The notes under the pieces were generated by a model that was given only the letters and a program-made list of their open reading frames with translations, had not been told where the DNA came from and ran no database searches. A DNA stretch of 63,583 nucleotides, counting the filler, from Saprolegnia diclina VS20 (lineage: Eukaryota): NCBI RefSeq assembly GCF_000281045.1. It is 5 parts of 2 records of this genome, joined end to end, with 100 filler letters (N's around TTAATTAATTAA, not from the genome) between each part and the next. Parts side by side here need not be neighbours in the genome. Positions count along the whole stretch, not along the records: positions 47,933 to 59,942 come from NW_008246098.1; positions 60,043 to 62,283 come from NW_008246098.1; positions 62,384 to 63,583 come from NW_008246099.1; 2 more parts are not named here. One strand, given 5' to 3'. This document shows, piece by piece, positions 54,101 to 63,583 of this stretch; position 1 is the stretch's first letter, and the number at the start of each line of letters is the position of its first letter. Position numbers and translations under genes: made by a program.

Positions 54101-55250
54101 ATAAATGAAGTGGGCGTTGGGCGCGCCAATCATGCGCTCGCTCTTCTCCGCCGGACATCACAACACGTCGCACCCGTTCGTTTGACCGTGACCATGTTGC
54201 CCACCTGGTGCGGTTTCGAACACCTGCATTTATTACAACTTTCTCATCATATTACAATATCTCACATCAGTCTCAATATATGAAAGCCTCGAGACAGCTT
54301 AGGCTCCCTACAACAAGCACGTGTCTAAAGATGGGCGCCTATAAATCTAAAGCACAATTACTGCGAGGTTGGTGCTGCATACGGTGGTGTCGACGGCATA
54401 CAAAGTGCTCTGTGGCGAACAAAGGCGCTCTCTCAACGGCAATCGAGACGCTTTTGATAAATAAACAACAGATGGACAGTGACGTGGCGGCGCGAGCTGG
54501 ATGCTACTCGTTCGATGCCCACTGTTGCCCTTCTTGATTGGGTGCGCTGGATCGTGGGTCCTTTCAGCCGCTCGAGAGGCGAGCGACTCGGACTCAGCGA
54601 CACAGCAAATTGCTAACTTGCTAGCTTGTTTTGTTATTAGCGCATCATTCTGATAATGCCTAAAAAATCTCCTACAATAGTGAACGTCGCTATCCGACCT
54701 GAGCGAGACGCGGCGGAGATTCGTTGCCATCATCACAGGCTCGACTCTGCTGCACTGCAGCAAGAGTTGCAGTCGTGCAGTGACAACCAGCGCCACCCGA
54801 GGTGACTGCCATTGCTGCGGTACCGGTAGCGAGTTTGAGAGATTACGACGATGCACCGGCGACCGTTCCGATAGCTGCCAAGAGGGTCGATGCAGTAGTA
54901 CACTGACGGTAGCGGGCCACCAACTGCATCCGCAAGGAGCACCATCGGGTGCCGCGAGTCAAATTCGTCTGCCGACAGTGCGTCGAGGTTGAAGAGATCC
55001 AGTTTCCTCCGCCTTCAGCAGCTTCTCAAAACTTGGCCGCTGACCCAGTCGGCTGCGCACCGCTTGCACAAGTCACGCCAGAAGAAGAAGACTCAACACA
55101 AATCATTGGACATCAAGCGTACCAGTCTTGTCTAGTCGCCCAAGGACTAACAAGGGACCGTATTCTAGGTTGGGATCACAACATTGTTGCATGGACATCA
55201 ATACATCATGTTTGTTTTGCTTTTACTAGTACACGTGGACAAGGACCAGC

Positions 55251-56525
55251 TTAGGCGCCGCACCACTTGGTGCCATACTGCGGCGCGAGGTACTCGCAGT
55301 AGTTCTTGTCGTAGTCGGCCGTCAAGCACTGCGTCGCCGCCGGATAGTAGCAGCCCGAGCAGCCGTTGCACGCGTTTTGCGGCTTGGACGTCGGCTTTTG
55401 CGTCGGCTTGGACGTCGGTTGCGACGAAGGCTTGGACGTCGGCTGCGACGACGGCGACTCGGACGGCTTGCCAAGGAGCGTCGGGTACGACACGCCGTTG
55501 GCGACGTTGCACATACCGCGGCCACTGACGCCGCGCTGCAAGTAGATGTAGCCGCCTTCGCCCCAGCCCGTGCCCCACGAGTTCTTGATCTTGAAGTGGT
55601 TCACACCGTTCTTGGAGCCGTAGCCGACCGCGAGGACAGCGTGGTCCGACTGCGCGCCGGGGCAGCTCTGCACGACGCCGCTCTGGTAGTTGCGCCACAC
55701 GTTGTTGCCGGCCTCGACCGTGACCGAGACCACCTGCTTGTCGAGCGCCGACTGGAGCGCGCTCTCGCCCTGGACGTTGACCGACTTGCCGATGTTGACC
55801 TTGGTCTTTTGGCAGTTCTGGCACTGACCGTTCTGGTTGGAGCTGCCGGACGCGTACGGGAACCCCGACTCGGTACAAAGGCCGGTCTGAGCAATGTAGT
55901 CGATGGCCTTGTCGGGCCAGCCGCCCTGGCAGCCGTTACCGGCGTTCGACGCACAGCTCACGAGCTGCTGCTCGGAAAAGTCGACGAGCTGACCCGTCAT
56001 GAGGCAGTGACCAAACTCGACCGCGCCGACCGACGAGAACGTCCAGCACGAGCCGCACTGACCCTGGTTGCGCACCGGCGACATGCACTTGTTGGTCGTC
56101 CAGTCGACGCCGGCGGCCTCCTGCTGCGCTTCCGAGAGCGTCATCTGCACGTCGTCGGCGCGGAGCTGGCGCTTGGGCTTGGACGCGCTGAACGAGCCCT
56201 TCACAAAGGCCGCAAACTCGTCTTCGGTCATGAGCGCAAACTGGTTGTTGGTCGAAAACTTGGCGTGCGGGTGCTTCTTGTTGAGCTCCGCGACGACCTG
56301 CTTGGTGTGGGCAAAGCGCTCGATTTCTTCGCTGCCGTCGTCGATCTCGCCCGACTCCAAGTTGGACGGCTCCGGCAAGAGACCGTTCTTGGCCGCGAGC
56401 TGACCGGCGCGGCTCTTCTTCCACGCGTCAATTTCGGCCTTGAGGTCGTCCTTCTCTTGCGCCGAGAGCTGCAGACCGTGCGCGAGGCCGAGCATGAGTA
56501 GGGAGGCGATCATGGACGACTTCAT
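55251..56525 (-). CDS. Secreted papain-family (C1A, cathepsin L-like) cysteine protease with I29 propeptide and Cys-rich tail
   Basis: Signal peptide, NNQFALMTEDEF, catalytic motifs QGQCGSCW, DHAVLAVGYG and KNSWG, then a PTSK linker; 424 aa. Confidence 0.95.
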   Translation of the reverse strand: MKSSMIASLLMLGLAHGLQLSAQEKDDLKAEIDAWKKSRAGQLAAKNGLLPEPSNLESGEIDDGSEEIERFAHTKQVVAELNKKHPHAKFSTNNQFALMTEDEFAAFVKGSFSASKPKRQLRADDVQMTLSEAQQEAAGVDWTTNKCMSPVRNQGQCGSCWTFSSVGAVEFGHCLMTGQLVDFSEQQLVSCASNAGNGCQGGWPDKAIDYIAQTGLCTESGFPYASGSSNQNGQCQNCQKTKVNIGKSVNVQGESALQSALDKQVVSVTVEAGNNVWRNYQSGVVQSCPGAQSDHAVLAVGYGSKNGVNHFKIKNSWGTGWGEGGYIYLQRGVSGRGMCNVANGVSYPTLLGKPSESPSSQPTSKPSSQPTSKPTQKPTSKPQNACNGCSGCYYPAATQCLTADYDKNYCEYLAPQYGTKWCGA

Positions 56526-59466
56526 CTTTTGCGTAATTGTGGTGGTGGGCAAAGCGCCAATGTGAAAATGAGTTTGGAAAGCGGCAATCCAAAGCCGCGG
56601 CGCACTGTGAGTAAGTACATTCGATCGCNNNNNNNNNNNNNNNNNNNNNNNNNNNNNNNNNNNNNNNNNNNNNNNNNNNNNNNNNNNNNNNNNNNNNNNN
56701 NNNNNNNNNNNNNNNNNNNNNNNNNNNNNNNNNNNNNNNNNNNNNNNNNNNNNNNNNNNNNNNNNNNNNNNNNNNNNNNNNNNNNNNNNNNNNNNNNNNN
56801 NNNNNNNNNNNNNNNNNNNNNNNNNNNNNNNNNNNNNNNNNNNNNNNNNNNNNNNNNNNNNNNNNNNNNNNNNNNNNNNNNNNNNNNNNNNNNNNNNNNN
56901 NNNNNNNNNNNNNNNNNNNNNNNNNNNNNNNNNNNNNNNNNNNNNNNNNNNNNNNNNNNNNNNNNNNNNNNNNNNNNNNNNNNNNNNNNNNNNNNNNNNN
57001 NNNNNNNNNNNNNNNNNNNNNNNNNNNNNNNNNNNNNNNNNNNNNNNNNNNNNNNNNNNNNNNNNNNNNNNNNNNNNNNNNNNNNNNNNNNNNNNNNNNN
57101 NNNNNNNNNNNNNNNNNNNNNNNNNNNNNNNNNNNNNNNNNNNNNNNNNNNNNNNNNNNNNNNNNNNNNNNNNNNNNNNNNNNNNNNNNNNNNNNNNNNN
57201 NNNNNNNNNNNNNNNNNNNNNNNNNNNNNNNNNNNNNNNNNNNNNNNNNNNNNNNNNNNNNNNNNNNNNNNNNNNNNNNNNNNNNNNNNNNNNNNNNNNN
57301 NNNNNNNNNNNNNNNNNNNNNNNNNNNNNNNNNNNNNNNNNNNNNNNNNNNNNNNNNNNNNNNNNNNNNNNNNNNNNNNNNNNNNNNNNNNNNNNNNNNN
57401 NNNNNNNNNNNNNNNNNNNNNNNNNNNNNNNNNNNNNNNNNNNNNNNNNNNNNNNNNNNNNNNNNNNNNNNNNNNNNNNNNNNNNNNNNNNNNNNNNNNN
57501 NNNNNNNNNNNNNNNNNNGTGGTGAATGCAGGGAACGTCGACGAAGAACCCAAGATTTGTCGTTGCGGTGCATCTCTCGACGCGAATATGAGCGGTGGAG
57601 CGACCAGCCAATTTCCCCTTCTCGTACTGGCATTTCGGAGCGCAATCGGTCACTGGTGCCGCTTTTTCTGTCCCTCCAAGAATAGTCTCTGCGTTGTCAA
57701 ATGGAATTGTTGAGCGTGCTAGCACAAAGTGCGTTGTGCTGATAACTTTAACGGTCCTATTGCACAATTGTCTGCAACCAGATCTAAGTAGGGCAGGGCT
57801 CGGTTGGTGCTTACCTCCACCGCATCATGGCCCTTACGCGCCGTACGGAATTTGCTTGCCGTTAATAGCGTCGCTAGATTCGCCATTGCAACGAGATCAA
57901 GCTTATAACAACAGGCGCATCGAAGGCCAGCTACGAGAAGTTAACCGTTGAGCGGAATGGGCCGTCGCGATGACTGTGGTGTCGAGGTAGCGCTTTGCCG
58001 TCGTCTAGCAGGTTTCGATGTCGCGGGGTAGTCTTTGGGCACGCCGAACACCAAAAGCAGCGTCTCAGCGCTCCTAAAGTGTAAGTCGCGGCGACTACGA
58101 CGTCTCGCTAACGCGTGAGACTCCGGCGCTCGTCGTAGAGGCCTCTACTGTGTCGAGAGAAACTGGCTCATACAGCGCAAGGCCAGCGCCAATGCGAGCG
58201 GCGAGCTCTTGGCAGCCGCGAGCATCGAGAGGAGCGCGTCGAGTAGCGGCAGCTGGTGTGCCGACAACTACCTTGCGCGTGCCAAATCGGGCGTCGACAA
58301 AGCCGGGATGAAGGCCTTGGACTGGACCAACGAGAGCGACTTGGCTCGGGTCAATCTGCAGGTACGTCTTGAACTGCGTATTGCAGGCGCAGCCCGCGCC
58401 GACCGGCATCATGATCAAGCGGTCAACAGCAAGGCTGGGGCCATCACCAGGTCGCGCAGTCGACCACATCGCTTTCTAAAACTGAAATCGCCAAGAGTTG
58501 GCCCCTAGGTAGTGGACGCTGCGCAGAGCTCGGAATGCGAGGTCGCGTCGCCATCGGAGTCGTACAGCGGTCGCCAAGTGCGATTTAAGATGTATTGAGG
58601 CAAATGCCGCAAATAAGATTAAGATCATAGTGCCATTTCTAAAGCCATCACCTTCGACGCTGATCCCACTTGGGATGGAACCGCCCATAGTTGGCACCGT
58701 GATACTAGTAGAAGACGCTGTGGTGAGCAGAGCAGACCACGATACGCCATCGCAGCAGCCCCACAACGTGAGAATGCGTGACCAAAGGTAGATAACAGCT
58801 TTCGAACGCGTTAGAGAGAAAATTGCCACATTGGTGGAACGGAGTGCAAAAGGGTTCCCGCTGCTGCTTGGCCTATAAGTTTAGTATAGCTATCCATGCA
58901 CACGACGTCTTCCAACGCAGTTCGCCGCAGTACTAGTACGCTTGTGCTTGGGCACGGGACAAGACGCGCGAGTTCGTCCGTAGCTTTGGTTTCGAATCCT
59001 GCCGGCTTTTCTGATTTGCGCAAAACAACATACGACTCTCAAGCATGCACGAGTTCGCAAAATGTAGCGTTTGCATCACGTTTACACTAAGCGAGAAGGA
59101 CGGTCATCGCTACGTAGTGGATCTGGGTGACAGTGCCTCGAATCCCAGACACAACAGCCACTGAGCCAAAAAAGCTCGACACAAGCCGTTTGGTTGGGTA
59201 TCTGCCGTCTTCGAATGGAATGCAACAGTGGTACGAGCCTGGATCTTAAGAGCCCTGCGTGACTTCTCCAAAACCAGTCGGCGGTCCACGCAAAACCAGC
59301 TGGCGCGACTTTGCCGTTCAAAGCATCAAAACGGCACATTGCACTTGGCGAGGTAACGCCACGTGTTGCTTCTGAATCTGGATCTGCTGTCTGATTCAGA
59401 CCGACGTGTCGCGATCGAATGTACTTACTCACAGTGCGCCGCCGCTTTGGATTGCCGCTTTCCAAA

Positions 59467-59482
59467 GCTCATTTTCACATTG
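59467..59482 (+). promoter_or_regulatory. Inr/FPR core promoter of protease copy 2 (mirror copy near 56558-56573, minus strand)
   Basis: GCTCATTTTCACATTG, ~33 nt before the ATG. Confidence 0.65.
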
Positions 59483-59514
59483 GCGCTTTGCCCCCCACCA
59501 CAACTACGCAAAAG

Positions 59515-59942
59515 ATGAAGTCGTCCATGATCGCCTCCCTTCTCATGCTCGGCCTCGCGCACGGTCTGCAGCTCTCGGCGCAAGAGAAGGACGACATCAA
59601 GGCCGAAATTGACGCGTGGAAGAAGAGCCGCGCCGGTCAGCTCGCGGCCAAGAACGGTCTCTTGCCGGAGCCGTCCAACTTGGAGTCGGGCGAGATCGAC
59701 GACGGCAGCGAAGAAATCGAGCGCTTTGCCCACACCAAGCAGGTCGTCGCGGAGCTCAACAAGAAGCACCCGCACGCCAAGTTTTCGACCAACAACCAGT
59801 TTGCGCTCATGACCGAAGACGAGTTTGCGGCCTTTGTGAAGGGCTCGTTCAGCGCGTCCAAGCCCAAGCGCCAGCTCCGCGCCGACGACGTGCAGATGAC
59901 GCTCTCGGAAGCGCAGCAGGAGGCCGCCGGCGTCGACTGGAC
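59515..59942 (+). CDS. Second, inverted copy of the C1A protease (5' part, cut by a linker)
   Basis: Protein is identical to 55251-56525 except DDL versus DDI. Confidence 0.9.
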
Positions 59943-60042
59943 NNNNNNNNNNNNNNNNNNNNNNNNNNNNNNNNNNNNNNNNNNNNTTAATTAATTAANN
60001 NNNNNNNNNNNNNNNNNNNNNNNNNNNNNNNNNNNNNNNNNN

Positions 60043-61791
60043 GGGTTGGACGATGTGTCCAAAATCGGGTTTTGGATGGTCAACTATACAGTTCACGCCA
60101 TGGTGACCAAGAGCCCGGACCTCTACGTGCTCTCGGTCGGGTCGTTTCCGCTCACGCCAAGCATCGACCAGTGCAAGATCTTGCGCGCCACGTACCCGCA
60201 TGACGTGGCCGCGTCACCGATCGCCCGACTCGGATTTGCCTCGAACGTCGTGACGTACTTCCGAGGCAATACCTTCTCGCATGCATTTCAATCCGATGCA
60301 ACGGTGAACATGCCGACCGCAAGCATGAACGACGTCCAGCTGCGCGCTCTCGGGTATGTGCCCGGGCGCACGGGCACCGACATGCGGCTCACAACGGGCG
60401 TTGCCGTGGCCAACGTGTCGTATGCCCAGAACCTGCTCGTAGCGTTCTACAAGATTTCACCACGGAGCTTTTGCACCGGGTGCCCGCCGGTGACGGAGCT
60501 CGGGTACGGGCAGTGCAACGTGACGCTCTTGTACAACGACAGTACCAAGCAAGTGGTGATCTCGAGCAGTGTCAACCACTTTGGCTCGATGTACAAGGTC
60601 GGTGTCTTGCTGCCGCAGTCGGGCTTTTCGTCGGCGTCCCACTATGTCAAGTTGACGGCGATTTTCTTTGCTGTTGGCGGGTACCTTGCGGGCCGTCGCA
60701 CGGTGCAGTGGACCGACATGGAAGCGCTCTTGGCCAACGCCGACTCGATTTTTTCGAAAATTTTGCGCACGATTTCGCCAAAGTACTTTCCGTACCCGAG
60801 TTTGGCGCTGCGCTTTGATATGTTTTGCTACAATTCCGACATTTTCGTGTTTCTCTTTGCGATTGGCGTGCTCCTCGACATTGGCAACTGCCTCATGTAC
60901 CTGCGCGTCATCAATCTCTTCAACGCGCCGTCGCCGAATATTGTGTACAACATTCAGCAATATGCGCTGAGTACCCGTCTCTTGTGGATCAATTGCGCGG
61001 TGCTCAAAGTGCTCAAAATTCTGTGCAACCTCGTGACGACGTCGACGTACAATGGCGAAAACAAGGTATGTTCTGATATTTATATCTATCGTGGACCATT
61101 GTACAACTCTTGTCATTTTTCATTTTTTGCGTAGCTCATGCGATTCCTCAACTTGACCAACGTCACGTCTTTGTACATTAGCGCGATCGTGCTGATGTAC
61201 GTGCCGCCGTTCATCGAGTACTCCAACAGTGTCATCTTTGACCTGAACCACAAGGTGCAGAACCTCGATGACATCCACGTCCTCGCCTTTGACAGCTTTT
61301 ACCTCCGCGTCGTGCCCTACATCTTGGCGCTTGTCGTCATCAACCTCGCATGTGTGCTCTTGCTGGACCATTTGCTGTACTACAAGTCGTGGCAGCTCCT
61401 CGTGAAAAACTCACTCGCGCGCCAAGCCATCTTCAACAGCAGCTCCATCTTGTGCGACTATTTGCACGGGATTGAGCCCGACAATGACGTCGACAGCAAG
61501 GGCTCGCTGCTCATCTGCAAGGCGCGCCGCCTCAGCACGCTCCAGTGGTTCTTCACGAGCCATCTCGTATGCTTTGGGCTGCCCGAGAAGGAGCTCCGCG
61601 CCAAGAAAAAAATGATGCAAACGTCGTCGGTCACAACGGCCACGGGCTCGGAAGACGCGACGAGCGTCAAGTGCATGGTCGTGCAGGACGCCGACCGCCA
61701 TGTGCACTTGCTCGACGCGCAGCTCGCGGATATCACGCCGCTTGTGTACAACATCAAAATCCTCAAGGACACGACTGTCGTGATCCAATAA
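60043..61791 (+). CDS. 6-TM family copy E' (5' partial; intron 61066-61134)
   Basis: Supplies the C-terminus hidden in the 38810-39354 gap and ends KDTTVVIQ. Confidence 0.87.
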
Positions 61792-62283
61792 TGCGCTTAA
61801 CATGTACGACTTGTTTCCATCCAAACGATGCGACCAACACTGTACTATACTGCGCGGTTCTATAGTACTTGGTGATTTTGGCTCTTGGAGTGGGCGATCG
61901 AACGCGCCAAGTCGATTTTTCGACGCTCGAGTGGGCAAGAGACGACACGATTGACCGCTAGCCATTGGGAGTGGTGGCGTGGCGGGTTAGCAGGGACTAG
62001 GCTAGAAGCAAATGGCTCTCTCGCCTACTGTTGCGTCGATCTGGACGGCGAAAACTCAACTTCCTGCGCTGCGCCGGGAAGCATGCGATGACCTGCGACG
62101 CATGCATTCGCAGCGTGTCGACTGCCTGCCACGTATCGAGCGAGAGCGGCAATGGCAGCGCGAGGAGGCGCAGACCATCCATAAACACGTCACGGTGAGA
62201 GAGCCAGGCCGAAGCGCGCAGGGACGGCCAGAGGTCGGCGACAGGCAGACGCTGCGATAGCGCGAGAAAGCTCACGAGCGGCG
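60043..62283. repeat. Near-identical inverted copy of 38435-40630 (probable allelic haplotig)
   Basis: Reverse-complement match with a few SNPs (I/T, L/M); bounded by linkers on both sides. Confidence 0.9.
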
Positions 62284-62635
62284 NNNNNNNNNNNNNNNNN
62301 NNNNNNNNNNNNNNNNNNNNNNNNNNNTTAATTAATTAANNNNNNNNNNNNNNNNNNNNNNNNNNNNNNNNNNNNNNNNNNNNAAGACACACGAGATGCG
62401 AGTCGGCTGAGTGGTTCAAACTGTAGGAAGCGTAGTTAACTACATAACAAACGATACTAGAATCACTTTCATAGTTGCATTCGGCTACAAACATCTCCAA
62501 CACCGACTTCCTACATCGCAAAGTGCAGTCGAATGACCGACTTGGTCACATTACGACTAGAATCCTCCACGATGCAACGCAATTGAAGATCGCTCGACTA
62601 GCGCTAGAAAAGACAGTTGGCATATTAACCTCGCA

Positions 62636-63583
62636 TTAGTAGTCGGAAGCCATCGCCCACTTGGCGCGCAGAGCGGCTTGATGGGCCTCCTCGACGGCAG
62701 CGACGGCGTCAGGCGTCACGGCCTCCTCAAGCACGTGCTGCAGATACGCTTTGAGGGTCCCATCGGTCACCCTCTTGAGCCATGCAAGCAGCTTCTCCAC
62801 GTACTTGGTTGCGTCGACCGAGAGAAAATGCACCAAGAGCGTCGCGAGGCCCCAGTCCGCAATGCCCGACTTGAAGAGCGCCCGTTGCTGCATGCCTCTA
62901 CAGTCTGGTTGAAGGTACGACGTGGTCGCGCCGCGCTCCAGAAGCGCTTCTGTGAGCGCCTCGATCTCGGTGCCGGCGTGAATGTAGCGGCAGTTGGCCG
63001 CCGTCGCTTGAGCCATCATCTCAGCCTTCAGTAGCAGCAGCGGCGACTTGGTATAGGAGCTGGACCGCTTATGCACCCACTCGACGAGGAAGATGAGGTT
63101 GTCCATCGGGTCGTTCGGGGGCAGACACAACGGCAGAAGAATCTTCATCATCTCAAAGCTGCGACGGTGGATGTTCTCGACAGCGACAGTCCGAGGTTGC
63201 CCGACGCCAGCTTCGAGGAGGAGCGTAAGGGCTTTGGGCGACTGGTTGTTGCATACGACAACCTCGAGCAAGTAGTCGTGGCGCAGCTCTGGCTGACGCG
63301 TCCAGAGCTGCGAGACCAAGTCCAAGTCTTCGTCCCATAGCGCTCTCTGGATTTCATCCAGGCCATAGTACTGGAACGGGAAACTTGGGGCCACAACGTT
63401 GTTTGTCTCTGGCGCGTGTTGGAAGTAGAACTCAGCGAGGTCCTTCTTGCCGTAGCGGAAATCCTTTGCCCATGAGGATGGCAGCGCGACGCCTTGCGCG
63501 ACGTAGAGCTGCAGGAGCGCGAGGGCATTTGGCTTGTGTACCACCTGCAGAAAGTCACTGCTCGACGGAAGGGGGTAGCCCGC
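62636..63583 (-). CDS. Hypothetical helical (degenerate ankyrin-like) protein, 5' partial
   Basis: Frame is open to the window end. Contains ALWDEDLDLVSQL, ALTLLLEAG and SFEMMKILL. Confidence 0.65.
   Translation of the reverse strand, partial: AGYPLPSSSDFLQVVHKPNALALLQLYVAQGVALPSSWAKDFRYGKKDLAEFYFQHAPETNNVVAPSFPFQYYGLDEIQRALWDEDLDLVSQLWTRQPELRHDYLLEVVVCNNQSPKALTLLLEAGVGQPRTVAVENIHRRSFEMMKILLPLCLPPNDPMDNLIFLVEWVHKRSSSYTKSPLLLLKAEMMAQATAANCRYIHAGTEIEALTEALLERGATTSYLQPDCRGMQQRALFKSGIADWGLATLLVHFLSVDATKYVEKLLAWLKRVTDGTLKAYLQHVLEEAVTPDAVAAVEEAHQAALRAKWAMASDY

Noticed and set aside
57519..59400. Short ORFs between the protease copies as a transposon relic (also 54350-55150, 946-1410)
   Set aside because: No transposase, RT or integrase motif and no terminal repeats recognised.
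62898..62918. Possible 21-nt in-frame micro-intron GTAC...TGTAG
   Set aside because: Half the size of the shortest supported introns here, and the frame is open without splicing; no support without RNA data.

Overview
Eukaryotic, GC-rich oomycete DNA, most like Saprolegnia (inferred from gene families, TCATT Inr/FPR promoters and 41-77 nt introns). It is a draft assembly with many N gaps and four artificial N44-TTAATTAATTAA-N44 linkers, so adjacency across 19.6, 47.9, 60.0 and 62.3 kb is not reliable. The window holds a tRNA-Cys and three tandem families: five F-box genes whose C-terminus matches the XPA/Rad14 Zn-finger DNA-binding domain, RNI-like LRR genes with an F-box-like cap (several pseudogenised), and five ~650-aa 6-TM genes plus an inverted near-identical copy that is probably a haplotig. 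Other genes encode a secreted poly-PAN/apple protein, an eIF2-gamma paralogue with a degenerate G domain, a small plant-type LRR protein, two 4-Cys elicitin-like proteins, ankyrin and PHD proteins, a BT1 transporter end and a duplicated papain protease. The most striking item is a 12-exon gene (48164-51733, minus strand) that fuses an Hv1/VSP-like voltage-sensor-type domain and an EF-hand-like linker to an intact ABCB half transporter. All homology calls are by-eye comparisons with remembered reference sequences; no searches were run.
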